From positions 3,680,001 through 3,744,000 of the forward strand of contig OY829846.1 of assembly GCA_963691875.1 (NCBI GenBank): a stretch of DNA of 64,000 bases, read 5' to 3'. Position 1 is the stretch's first letter, and every line of letters starts with the position of its first letter. The notes below the pieces were generated by a model, which was not told the origin of the DNA, ran no database searches, and saw nothing but the letters and a program-made list of their open reading frames with translations. Origin of the DNA: Aureliella sp. GTDB lineage: Bacteria; Planctomycetota; Planctomycetia; Pirellulales; Pirellulaceae. Positions 10,430 to 20,276 of the stretch are shown one piece after another. Both the position numbers and the translations under genes were made by a program.

Positions 10430-12337
10430 ATGTGTGGTATCACCGGTGGAATGTGGTTGGACGAAGCGAAAGCGATCCCACCCGCATTGCTGGACAAAAT
10501 GGTGGATTCGCTTGTGCATCGAGGCCCCGACGATCGTGGCACGCATCTCCAGCCGCTCGCTCGGGATGCTGCTGGACTGGTGCCTGGCGTGGCACTCGGC
10601 TTCCGCCGGCTTTCGATCATCGATCTCGCTGGCGGTCACCAGCCGCTGAGCAATGAAGACGGTTCGATCTGGATGGTCTTCAATGGCGAGATCTATAACT
10701 ATCGCGATCTGCGTCGAAGACTCGAAGGCTCCGGCCATCAGTTTCGCAGCGATAGCGACTCTGAAACCATAGTCCACCTCTACGAAGATTTGGGCACGGA
10801 TTGTTTCGCGCACCTGAACGGTATGTTTGCCATTGCGATCTGGGATGGCATCAAAAAGCAGCTCATCCTCGCTCGCGACCGACTCGGCAAGAAACCTGTC
10901 TTCTACCAGTATCGCGACGGCCAGTTGCTTTTCGGCAGCGAAGTCAAGTCACTGGCCGAGTGCGAAACTTTCGACCGTTCGATTTCGCCGGCTGCAATCG
11001 ACCAGTATTTGACTTATCAGTACGTGCCGCATCCTGGCTCGATCTACGAGCACACGGCTAAAGTCCCTCCGGGGCACTTTGCTGTTTTTGGCGAGCAAGG
11101 CATGTCGGTCCGAAATTACTGGGATTTCGATTTCGGTGTCGAGAAGGACATCAGTGAGCAAGAAGCCTGCAAGCAGTTGGATCACCTGTTGCGTGATTCG
11201 ATCGAGTTACGCTTGCGAAGCGACGTGCCGCTTGGAGCATTCTTGTCTGGCGGCGTCGACTCTTCACTAATCGTTGCGCTAGCGCAACAGCAGCTCGATC
11301 AGCCTATTCACTCTTTTAGCATTGGTTTCAACGAAGCCGATTTTGACGAGACGGAGTATGCTCAGCAGGTTGCAAGTTGGGCGAAGACAGAGCACCACGA
11401 ATACAAAGTCACACCGGACGCAGTTTCGATCCTGGACCAGCTCGTCTGGCACTACGACGAGCCCTTTGGCGATAGCTCAGCCATTCCGACTTGGTACCTT
11501 TGCCAGTGGACTCGCCAGCATGTGACGGTAGCGCTCAGTGGTGATGGAGGCGATGAGCTGTTCGCGGGCTACGATCGCTATCGAGCATTGAAACTTAGCC
11601 GATGGTTCGACACGGTGATCCCAGCTGGACCGATTCTCGGGAGTCGATTTGTGCAAGGCTTGCGTACGCCGACCAAGCAGCGTTCCTTCATCCGACGATT
11701 GCAAAGGTTCGGAGAAGCTCTCAATCAGCCCATGGCACGCCGGTTCATGAATTGGCTACAGATCTTTCCAGAGCGCATTCGAGCGGATCTGTACTCAGAC
11801 TCCTTCGTAGAAAAACTGCCGAACGAAGATCCCGTCGAATTCTTTGAACAGGCTTGGAAGGGCATTGGGGACCGCGACTTAGTAAGCCAAGCTTCGCTAT
11901 CAGACCTCGTAACTTACTTGCCATGTGACTTGATGAACAAAGTGGACATTGCATCAATGGCGCACAGCCTGGAGTGCCGGCAACCGTTCTTGGACTATCG
12001 ATTGGTGGAGTTCGCGGCGAGCTTGCCTGCGAAACTGAAACACCGCGGCGCTCGCGGCAAGAGAATCTTGCAGAGTGCCTTTCATAAAATGCTACCGAGG
12101 CAGATTTGGCATCGGCGCAAGATGGGCTTTGGCGTCCCGCTTGGCAGCTGGTTCAAAAACGAGCTGAAAGAACTTACTACCAACCGATTGCTTGACACCG
12201 ACGCTCGCTGTCATGCAATGTTCCGGCCAGATTCACTCAAGAACATTTTGGATCAGCACATGGATGGCCGAGTGAATCATACCTATCGATTGTGGAATCT
12301 GCTGGTGCTAGAGTCCTGGCTTCGCCGATGGACATAG
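10430..12337 (+). CDS. asnB: Asparagine synthase (glutamine-hydrolysing) family amidotransferase
   Basis: MCGI, HRGPDD, RRLSIIDL, FNGEIYN, LSGGVDSS, SGDGGDELFAGY. Confidence 0.95.
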   Translation: MCGITGGMWLDEAKAIPPALLDKMVDSLVHRGPDDRGTHLQPLARDAAGLVPGVALGFRRLSIIDLAGGHQPLSNEDGSIWMVFNGEIYNYRDLRRRLEGSGHQFRSDSDSETIVHLYEDLGTDCFAHLNGMFAIAIWDGIKKQLILARDRLGKKPVFYQYRDGQLLFGSEVKSLAECETFDRSISPAAIDQYLTYQYVPHPGSIYEHTAKVPPGHFAVFGEQGMSVRNYWDFDFGVEKDISEQEACKQLDHLLRDSIELRLRSDVPLGAFLSGGVDSSLIVALAQQQLDQPIHSFSIGFNEADFDETEYAQQVASWAKTEHHEYKVTPDAVSILDQLVWHYDEPFGDSSAIPTWYLCQWTRQHVTVALSGDGGDELFAGYDRYRALKLSRWFDTVIPAGPILGSRFVQGLRTPTKQRSFIRRLQRFGEALNQPMARRFMNWLQIFPERIRADLYSDSFVEKLPNEDPVEFFEQAWKGIGDRDLVSQASLSDLVTYLPCDLMNKVDIASMAHSLECRQPFLDYRLVEFAASLPAKLKHRGARGKRILQSAFHKMLPRQIWHRRKMGFGVPLGSWFKNELKELTTNRLLDTDARCHAMFRPDSLKNILDQHMDGRVNHTYRLWNLLVLESWLRRWT

Positions 12338-12541
12338 AAGGCGGGGCGAAATACCGAAGCCAGATAAACAAAGGCGTTAAAAACACCCTCAGAAGGGACA
12401 GGGGGCATTCATGCTCCCCCTTTTGCACCTTTCGAGATTCACCTCACCTAGCAGAAGTGGTAAGCTGTCGCCCGAGGGCTAGGCGGTTATTAAACTGAGT
12501 CGTTACCACCGAAGAAAGATCTCATCAGAAACGGAACTTCG

Positions 12542-13816
12542 ATGTTGAGAAACACCACAGCCGTCGTACTTGCTGGTGGCAAAGGAACACGATTAGAACC
12601 GCTCACTTTGGATCGAGCCAAACCTGCGGTGCCATTCGGCGGCGGCTATCGAATCGTCGACTTTGTGCTCTCCAACGCCATCAATTCCGGATTGCGTCGG
12701 ATGCTGGTTCTGACCCAGTACAAAGCCCTCAGTCTCGATCGGCATATCAATCTCGGTTGGCGACCGTACTTCGCGGCGGAGCTTGGTGAATGTCTGGACG
12801 TGGTGCCACCTCAACAGAGAATCGATGAGCACTGGTATCAAGGCACAGCAGACGCCGTCTACCAAAACATCTTTGTCATCGAGAAAGATCGTCCCGAGTA
12901 TGTTCTGATCCTAGCCGGTGACCACATCTACAAGATGAATTATTTGTCGATGATTCAATTCCATCAAGAGATGGAAGCCGATCTGACAGTCGGGGCTTTG
13001 ACCGTCTCACGCGACGAGGCCAAACAATTCGGCGTCATCCAAGTCAACAACCAAAATCAGATCGTTGGCTTTGAAGAAAAGCCCGACGAGCCCAAGTGCA
13101 TTCCTGGCGACGAGAGCCGCAGCTTTGCATCGATGGGCATCTACGTGTTCAAAGCTCGATTCTTGTTCGAACAACTTTGCCGTGATGCGACCGAACCTGG
13201 GTCCAAGCATGATTTTGGAATGAATATCATTCCATCGATCATTGATTCGCACCGCGTTTTTGCGTTCCCGTTTCGCGACGAAAACCGTAAAACTCAGGCT
13301 TACTGGCGCGATGTCGGAACCATCGACGCATACTACGATGCCAATATGGATTTGATTGAGGTCGAACCCGAACTCAATCTTTACGATCAGAACTGGCCGA
13401 TCCGCACGCTACAGCCTAACTTACCTCCGCCGAAGTTCGTGTTCGGCAGCGACGGAGATCCAGAGCGACGCGGAACGGCTATAGACAGCATCGTATGTCC
13501 TGGGACCATTGTCTCTGGCGGTCGAGTGCAACGAAGCGTCGTCAGCCCCAATGTGCGAATTAACAGCTACGCGTCCGTTGAGGAAAGCATCATTTTCCAA
13601 GGCGTTGATATAGGTCGCCGAGCGCGAGTTCGACGAGCCATCATAGACAAAGGCGTTCGAATTCCACCCGGAATGGAAATCGGTTTCGACTTAGAACTAG
13701 ATCGTCGCCGTGGATTCTCAGTGAGCCCGAACGGCATCGTCGTCATCTCTAAAAACGATTCGCCATCTGCCGAAGGCATCGTCTATCCCGAAGAAGCAAG
13801 TCTCTCATTACCTTAG
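12542..13816 (+). CDS. glgC: Glucose-1-phosphate adenylyltransferase
   Basis: LAGGKGTRLEPLT, RAKPAVPFGG, WYQGTADAV, AGDHIYKM, ASMGIYVF, YWRDVGT. Confidence 0.97.
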   Translation: MLRNTTAVVLAGGKGTRLEPLTLDRAKPAVPFGGGYRIVDFVLSNAINSGLRRMLVLTQYKALSLDRHINLGWRPYFAAELGECLDVVPPQQRIDEHWYQGTADAVYQNIFVIEKDRPEYVLILAGDHIYKMNYLSMIQFHQEMEADLTVGALTVSRDEAKQFGVIQVNNQNQIVGFEEKPDEPKCIPGDESRSFASMGIYVFKARFLFEQLCRDATEPGSKHDFGMNIIPSIIDSHRVFAFPFRDENRKTQAYWRDVGTIDAYYDANMDLIEVEPELNLYDQNWPIRTLQPNLPPPKFVFGSDGDPERRGTAIDSIVCPGTIVSGGRVQRSVVSPNVRINSYASVEESIIFQGVDIGRRARVRRAIIDKGVRIPPGMEIGFDLELDRRRGFSVSPNGIVVISKNDSPSAEGIVYPEEASLSLP

Positions 13817-13832
13817 CTCCTTGAGAGGAAGC

Positions 13833-14243
13833 TCAAGATAGCTTCCAGCCATAGGCGCGTTGGAGAATCTTTTCGACGGTGCCCGTGAGGTCTCGGAGGG
13901 TGAATGGCTTGGAGAGCATCGAAGCGGTATCGAGCAGCTCTGCTTGCTGGACGATTCGCTCATCGAACTTGGCACTCATCAAGATGCAGGGCAGCGAGAC
14001 CTCTGCTTCTTGCCGGATCTGCTCAAGAGCTTGGATTCCAGAGAGTCTTGGCATGTGTACGTCAAGTAGCACGAGATGCAGCACACTGGTCGACTGCACG
14101 ATCTCAACGGCTTCAAAGCCATCGGCAGCCAGCCGAGTCGTGTACCCACGACGCGTAAACACCTCACTCAGCGACTCACGAAAATCGCGGTCGTCATCGG
14201 CGATAAGTAAATTTGGCTCGGTGGATTGCATTCGACGTTCCAT
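13833..14243 (-). CDS. Single-domain response regulator (CheY-like receiver)
   Basis: LLIADDD, LLDVHMPRLSG, SKPF. Start may be 14231. Confidence 0.9.
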   Translation of the reverse strand: MERRMQSTEPNLLIADDDRDFRESLSEVFTRRGYTTRLAADGFEAVEIVQSTSVLHLVLLDVHMPRLSGIQALEQIRQEAEVSLPCILMSAKFDERIVQQAELLDTASMLSKPFTLRDLTGTVEKILQRAYGWKLS

Positions 14244-14716
14244 GCGAAGGCTTCCCAGGCAATGGACCGACCAAGTGAGTATTGATTGCCAAACGCGGAT
14301 CCGTTCCACGCTGACAACCATCCCTTGACTTGCACTAGGTTGCTCAGTAACTCATTCGAGCTGCACACGGCCAGATCGATTTCAATGCCAGCTAACTTGG
14401 CTGACTGCTAAAATGCTTGCCAAGATTACGCTGAAATGCAGCTATTACATATTATGGCTGTGCTGGTGCAGCAATGGAAGTCGGTGGCTAAAGGGCTCAC
14501 CTGGGAATTTGCCCGCGTCCAGTTCGAGTTCCTTAAGGTTGCAGCTGCGATGGGGCAGAGTCGTGGAGAGCCCAAGAAGACCGGCGTCTAAAGTTTGGTC
14601 GTTAATAGATTTCTACTCTGTCGCCGGCGCTCAGTGTTTGTATTAGAACTTCTTGCGAAGCTCAGTGCGTTTTTTCTGGTCAAGGTTTTTCTGCTTAAGG
14701 TCTACTCAGCGTGTCG

Positions 14717-15487
14717 ATGGAACAGTGTGACGCGATCATTCTGCGGGTTTATCCATGGAGTGAGACGAGTTGCGTCGCCACAATTTTGACTCGAAGCCAA
14801 GGCAAAATCGCGGCTTTGGCCAAAGGGGCGAGACGCCCGAAAAGTCCGTTTGAAGCTGCACTTGACCTGCTTTCCGTCTGTCGCGTAGTGTTCATCGCTA
14901 AGTCTGCCGACAGCCTGGATATCCTGACTGAAGCCAAGCTTCGACGCCGATTTCGGATTGGCGCTAAGGATCTGCTGCGACTGTACTGTGGGTACTATGT
15001 GGCCGAGTTGCTGGATCGCTTGACGGAGAAAGGGGAGCAACATCCTCAAATCTTCGATTTAGCCCTATGCACCTTGGACAATTTGGAGCGAGAAGAGTTA
15101 GAACCGCGAGCGATCATCTTGCGATTCGAGCTGCAAATCTTGCGAGAATTGGGACACCTTCCCACTTGGGATCGGTGTGCACAATGCGGTTGTTTACTGT
15201 GGGAGGTAGATTCAGAGCCGGAAGATTCGTGGACTTTGTTCAGCACTTTTTCGGGCGGCGTGCTATGTCAGCATTGCCGTTCTGGTGCAAGACAAATCCT
15301 CCGCATTCATCGCTCTGTTCAATCCTTGCTGATTCGTTTCAGTCATCCCGACTGGGAGGCGATTGATGTGAGTCAGCTGGAGTCAAAGCATCATGAAGTG
15401 ATTCGAAAGCTGATGATGCGATACTTTACCTACCTGATGGACAGCCCCATCAAACTACAAAACTACTTAGAGGAGCTTGGGCGTTGA
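14717..15487 (+). CDS. recO: DNA repair protein RecO
   Basis: AIILR..WSETS, GKIAALAKGARRPKS, CAQC/CQHC zinc motif. Confidence 0.95.
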   Translation: MEQCDAIILRVYPWSETSCVATILTRSQGKIAALAKGARRPKSPFEAALDLLSVCRVVFIAKSADSLDILTEAKLRRRFRIGAKDLLRLYCGYYVAELLDRLTEKGEQHPQIFDLALCTLDNLEREELEPRAIILRFELQILRELGHLPTWDRCAQCGCLLWEVDSEPEDSWTLFSTFSGGVLCQHCRSGARQILRIHRSVQSLLIRFSHPDWEAIDVSQLESKHHEVIRKLMMRYFTYLMDSPIKLQNYLEELGR

Positions 15488-16719
15488 CAGGGAAGTCCCC
15501 GCCAGGATCTCAAAACCAATTTACCTTCGTCCAACTTGCCATACTGCTGCTCCTGGGATGCAGTGCAAGTGGCTGTTCCATATTCACGCCCTATAAAAGC
15601 GCGATGACGGAGTACGAGGACGCAAAGTCAAACCTCGAAGGTCCAGCGAACGTGTATCGTCCAGAAGGCGTTTCAGCTGAGTCGGATTACTTCGCCGAAG
15701 GATTCTTGGACCGCATAGGAATTCGCTCCAAGCAACGGCGTGATGTATCTGCTGCTCGTGATCACTACAAGAAAGCGGACAATCTCTTCGCCCAAGCAAA
15801 AGAGCTGGAAGGTGACGAGCGGCGCAAGAAATTTCGCCATGCCGCAGACGAGTTTCAGTTGGCTGCGGAGAATTGGCAAAGTTCCGGTCTGGAGCAAGAT
15901 GCACTTTGGATGGCTGCAGAATCTCTGTTTTTCGCTGAAGACTACTATCAGGCGGAAGGACTCTACGCGGAACTCGTCAAGGAGTACCCCAAAAACCCCT
16001 ACTTGGATCGCGTCGACTCGCGAAGATTCACGATTGCTGATTACTGGCTGAACTACGACAACGTGAAGCCAACAAGTTTCATGGCGGTCAACTTCTCTGA
16101 CTACAAACGCCCCTGGAACGATACGCGCGGACACGCCAAGCGAATCTTGGAAACCGTTCGCATCGAGAACCCGACGGGCAAGGTTGGCGATGATGCCACG
16201 ATGCGATTGGCTATGGAGAGTTTCGAGAATCAAGACTACGAAGCTGCAGCCGACACCTTCGCTGACCTGCGGATGACCTATCCCGACAGCAGACACTTGT
16301 TCAATGCTCAATTACTTGAGTTGAAGAGTTTGATCGCTTCCTATCAAGGTTCGAACTATAGCAGTGTACCTATTACTGATGCATTGAAGCGAATAGAACA
16401 GATTCGTAAGCAATTTCCTCAGGAAGCCAAACAGCATCAAGACGACATTCAGCAAGCCTACGCAGAAGCTCGCTACTCAATGGCAGAACGGATCTGGGAA
16501 CAATCGAAATATCGTCGCGATCGTAGTGAATATGGCGCCGCCAGGTTCCACTACGAGAGGATCATTAAAGAGTATGGTGACACGCCATTCGCCGACCAAG
16601 CACGCGAGCAGCTGGCTCGTATCAAGGACAAGCCAGCGGTACCGCCACAGCGATTTAAGACTTTGGTTTGGCTGATGGGTGGCAGCACGGATGATCGGCC
16701 CTACAAGAATGATAAGTGA
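15484..16719 (+). CDS. bamD: TPR lipoprotein, BamD-like outer-membrane assembly factor
   Basis: Lipobox-like ASGC, TPR helices (LVKEYPKNPY, ARFHYERIIKEYGDT). Lies between recO and lptE. Confidence 0.7.
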   Translation: MTGKSPPGSQNQFTFVQLAILLLLGCSASGCSIFTPYKSAMTEYEDAKSNLEGPANVYRPEGVSAESDYFAEGFLDRIGIRSKQRRDVSAARDHYKKADNLFAQAKELEGDERRKKFRHAADEFQLAAENWQSSGLEQDALWMAAESLFFAEDYYQAEGLYAELVKEYPKNPYLDRVDSRRFTIADYWLNYDNVKPTSFMAVNFSDYKRPWNDTRGHAKRILETVRIENPTGKVGDDATMRLAMESFENQDYEAAADTFADLRMTYPDSRHLFNAQLLELKSLIASYQGSNYSSVPITDALKRIEQIRKQFPQEAKQHQDDIQQAYAEARYSMAERIWEQSKYRRDRSEYGAARFHYERIIKEYGDTPFADQAREQLARIKDKPAVPPQRFKTLVWLMGGSTDDRPYKNDK

Positions 16720-16761
16720 CTTAGCCGCTAGCAAAAGTCTTCAAGAATTCGACATCCGATA

Positions 16762-16924
16762 TCAGCCGCTGGGCGTTAGCCTCGGATCTACTGCAAGATC
16801 ATATCCTGCCACGGATGCTGTGCTGGCGGCTCTGGACTCCTATTCGTACTTTCATCGAGTCGAGACAGACATTTGCCACCCTGCATCAACTCTCCTGGAA
16901 CCGGGGCTAACGCCTCGCAGCTGA
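16762..16924. repeat. REP-like inverted repeat pair (24-bp arms)
   Basis: TCAGCCGCTGGGCGTTAGCCTCGG (16762-16785) vs CCGGGGCTAACGCCTCGCAGCTGA (16901-16924), 20/24 complementary. Confidence 0.75.
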
Positions 16925-16931
16925 AGACACC

Positions 16932-17483
16932 GTGACATCCCGAATTGCCAGCCCGAAATTCATGATTCGATGCCTCGGTATTGCAGTGATGGTGCTGGGA
17001 CTACCTAGTGGTTGCGCAAGGTACCAATTTGGGCATCAAAGCCTTTATGACACTTCGATTCGCACCATCTACATTCCGGTCGTGCGAAACGACACGTTTC
17101 GTCAAAGACTTGGTGTGCAGCTAACCGAAGCGTTGCAAAAGGCGGTTGAACTTCGCACTCCCTACAAAGTAGTCGCCAATCCAAGTGCCGACAGCACACT
17201 GACTTGTCGTGTGACTTCGCAATCAAAACGCGTCGTGGCGGAAACAAGTACGGATGAACCGCGAGCCGTTGAAGCATTGCTGACCGTAGAGCTCAGCTGG
17301 ACCGATCGGCAAGGCAACTTGTTGATGCAAAATCGTCCCGTCCCTGAGGGCGAGTTTGCATTCTACTTCGTGCAGGGCGTTGATTTCGTGCCAGAAGGCG
17401 GCCAAAGCATGGCCACCGCCCAGCAGCGAGTCGTCGAACGCCTCGCAGATCAAATTGTCAGCCAGATGGAATCTCGCTGGTAG
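16932..17483 (+). CDS. lptE: LPS assembly lipoprotein LptE family
   Basis: Lipobox PSGC, GHQSLYDTSIRTIYIPV.RNDTFR, LTEALQK, LADQIVSQME. Confidence 0.8.
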   Translation: MTSRIASPKFMIRCLGIAVMVLGLPSGCARYQFGHQSLYDTSIRTIYIPVVRNDTFRQRLGVQLTEALQKAVELRTPYKVVANPSADSTLTCRVTSQSKRVVAETSTDEPRAVEALLTVELSWTDRQGNLLMQNRPVPEGEFAFYFVQGVDFVPEGGQSMATAQQRVVERLADQIVSQMESRW

Positions 17484-17524
17484 CAGCATTACCTGGTTCT
17501 TTAAAGCCTGTCCTACTCAAACGC

Positions 17525-17884
17525 TCACTCTGGCATTTCTTGCGGTAGATGCCGCACGCTGACGGCACCCTTGATGTTGCGCCTGTTCTTCCGATCTGAC
17601 TTCTGGCTAAGCGTATACGCCGCGCGCTCGGCAACCCGGTTGATCAGCGCTCCTACGTTTTCGTCTTCGTCCTGAATGACAATCGGCGGCATGCGTTTGA
17701 GATTCAGCACGCAGCGGCACTGCTTATCAACTCCCCCACGCGGACCGTTGATATCTTCGAAGTACACCTGAACATTCTTCAGAAGATGATTAAACCGCTC
17801 CAAAGCTCCGAGCACGACTTCCTCGAAAGCATGGCTACCAAAGTCAGAACGGCTACCTCCACTGAAACGAACTGCGATTTGCAT
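17525..17884 (-). CDS. HPF/RaiA family ribosome-associated protein
   Basis: ALERF..VQVYFEDINGPRGGVDKQCR. Confidence 0.8.
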   Translation of the reverse strand: MQIAVRFSGGSRSDFGSHAFEEVVLGALERFNHLLKNVQVYFEDINGPRGGVDKQCRCVLNLKRMPPIVIQDEDENVGALINRVAERAAYTLSQKSDRKNRRNIKGAVSVRHLPQEMPE

Positions 17885-18027
17885 TACCGATTCTCCTGAG
17901 CTGTACGAATCAAGTTTTTAGACTCGGAGAGCTGCTCTCTCCACTTAACTATACGTTTTTTGTGCGATTAAAATGCGCTAAAACAATAGCTTCAATTGCT
18001 TAGAAAAATTTAACAGTTGAGATTTCA

Positions 18028-18912
18028 GTGGACTGGCTAAATTACCACCATTTATTGAACTTCTGGTTGGTTGCTAAAGAAGGAAGCGTCCAACAGGCGA
18101 GTGAAATTCTTCATGTCACTCCCGCCAGCGTGAGCCTCCAAGTGAAGCAGCTTGAGAAATCTCTCGGAGTCAAGCTTTTGCAGAAAAAAGGTCGCGGGCT
18201 CGAGTTGACCGAGATGGGGCGCGAAGTTTCTGGGTATGCCGACGAGATCTTTGCGACGGGACGCGAACTGATCGAGCATATCAAGCAAAAGCCACAGGGA
18301 AGACCGCAAGAGCTACGCGTTGGAATTCGCGATGAAATGCCAAAACTAGTTGCTTACAGGCTTCTTCAACCTGCCCTCGAAATGAAAGAGCCAGTACGCC
18401 TGGTTTGCCATGAGGCGGATATGCGAGAACTTGTCGCTGACCTAGCAATTCACAAACTTGACGTCATCTTAACCGATGCCGCTCTCGACCCACTCTACAA
18501 GATCCAGGCGTTCTCGCATCGGCTTGGAGAATCCGGAGTCGTCATCATGGGCACCAAGGAACTGGCACGAAAGTATCGTAAAGGTTTTCCGAGCTCGCTC
18601 GATGGTGCACCCTTCCTCTTGCCGATGACCACAAGTGTTCTTCGGCGTGCGATGGAGCAATGGTTCCACGACCTGCAGATATCGCCCGTGATCATGGGAG
18701 AATTTGCAGACAGTGCGATGATCAATATTTTTGGGCGGCAGGGACTTGGACTTTGCGCAGTACCAATAAGCATCCAAGAAGACATGTCCGAGATCTATGG
18801 GTTGCGCAAAGTCGGCGTAGTCGAAGGCGTGAAAGAACGTTCTTTCGCGGTTTCCGTTGAACGAAAACTCAAGCACCCGGCAGTCATTGCCATTCGGGAA
18901 AACGCCCGTTAG
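18028..18912 (+). CDS. nhaR: LysR-type transcriptional regulator, NhaR subfamily
   Basis: WLNYHHLLNFW.VAKEGS, LAIHKLDVIL, GEFADSAM, SVERKLKHPAV. Confidence 0.9.
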   Translation: MDWLNYHHLLNFWLVAKEGSVQQASEILHVTPASVSLQVKQLEKSLGVKLLQKKGRGLELTEMGREVSGYADEIFATGRELIEHIKQKPQGRPQELRVGIRDEMPKLVAYRLLQPALEMKEPVRLVCHEADMRELVADLAIHKLDVILTDAALDPLYKIQAFSHRLGESGVVIMGTKELARKYRKGFPSSLDGAPFLLPMTTSVLRRAMEQWFHDLQISPVIMGEFADSAMINIFGRQGLGLCAVPISIQEDMSEIYGLRKVGVVEGVKERSFAVSVERKLKHPAVIAIRENAR

Positions 18913-19186
18913 AGCAGAAGCACCCGATTTCTGGCCCTGCTCGATCATCCTGAAAAGCCTGTCTCAGACCAACCGGAGCTCATCAATATCCCGGCTAGCT
19001 CCACGACTATCAGACCAGTGAACAACATTTCCAAATAGCTATGGGGCGCGTTGCCGATAGCCTCTTTCTGCGTCGGCTTCGGGCTCCTTCATTTACTGGC
19101 AGATTCGTTTGCTGCGACGCTCGGCACAGCCTATCGAAGATATGACTGTGAACCGAGAGATTGCAAGCTGAAAGAAACAGCTTGAG

Positions 19187-20051
19187 TTGAGTAGAAGTAT
19201 CCAAGTCCGCCTGACTAAGAAACTTCATTCGGCTGCCGTGATTAGTCAGCGCAGTCCTCTATTGCTCTTGCCATCAACTTGGCAGAAATGGACGTTCGAG
19301 GTGCGGCAGACTGTTCCGGCTCGTGAGCTCGCTCATGTGCAGCGTCGAGAATTTCTTTCGACGGCAATAAGACAACTCGCGGTCGCAATCAACTTCTCCC
19401 ACCAGCTGGCTGTGGTCATGCCGGCCATCAGCGATTCTGCTACCGTCGAAATGCGAACGTAATCAGTGAACAACATGAAGCAGATTGCAATTACCCTGGT
19501 GAATTACGAAAGTGTTGGCCTCCACTTTCCTCCCGCCGTCGTGATTGACAAAGAGTCGGCTGAGAAACGCAGCTGGCCTGTCAAGATTCTACCATACCTC
19601 GAACAGGTAGAGCTCTATAATGCAAACCACAAGAATGAACCCTGGGGCAGTCCGGCAAATCTGAAGCTGTTGGCTCAGATGCCAGAAGTGTTTACCGTTC
19701 CTGGCTCTCGAAACACCCAGGAGACGCCATACCAAGCAATTGTGTCGGAGGATGGTGCTTTGACGCCACACGCAGAGGGATAAGCTTCTAAGATCGCCCA
19801 GATCACGCCGGAACATTCAACACCATTTTTGTCGTAGAGACAAAGCCGTTGGTTCCGGGGACGAAACCGGCGAACCTAGATGCGGACGCCCAGATACCCA
19901 AGCTTGGAACGGCCCGAGATTCTGACCCTGAATACTGGCGGCCTTTGTGGACGGAGCTGTTCGTTTCATTTCGGATAACATCGATCCGCAAGTTTGGAAA
20001 GCAATGATCACTCGCAGTGGTGCTGAGTTAGCTCCTGCCACTCCTAGGTGA
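19187..20051 (+). pseudogene. DUF1559 domain pseudogene
   Basis: MPAI...RT*SVNNMKQIAITLVNYE, SWPVKILPYLEQ, stop at 19781-19783, frameshifted GTFNTIFVVE..PGTKP and AAFVDGAVRFISDNID. 5' limit approximate. Confidence 0.85.
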
Positions 20052-20168
20052 TGCGTCTCTATCTGCACTGAGATTTGCCAGAATTCCCTCGCCGTTCTCA
20101 CCCCCCTTGGTTTGCCCGTCGGATCACCGCGCGCAACTTTTGGACGAGAGGTTTTTCTGACCCATACA

Positions 20169-20276
20169 CGCATCGAAAAAGAAGCCGACTAAAGTCTGCA
20201 CTCCAGCATTTCTAATCGTTATCGAGTGGCTCTCTTCGCAGGCTTTCTGGCTTTAGTCGGCTTCTTCTTCGATGCG
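20169..20276. repeat. 26-bp near-perfect inverted repeat spanning the uvrD stop codon
   Basis: CGCATCGAAAAAGAAGCCGACTAAAG (20169-20194) vs CTTTAGTCGGCTTCTTCTTCGATGCG (20251-20276), 25/26 complementary. Confidence 0.9.
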
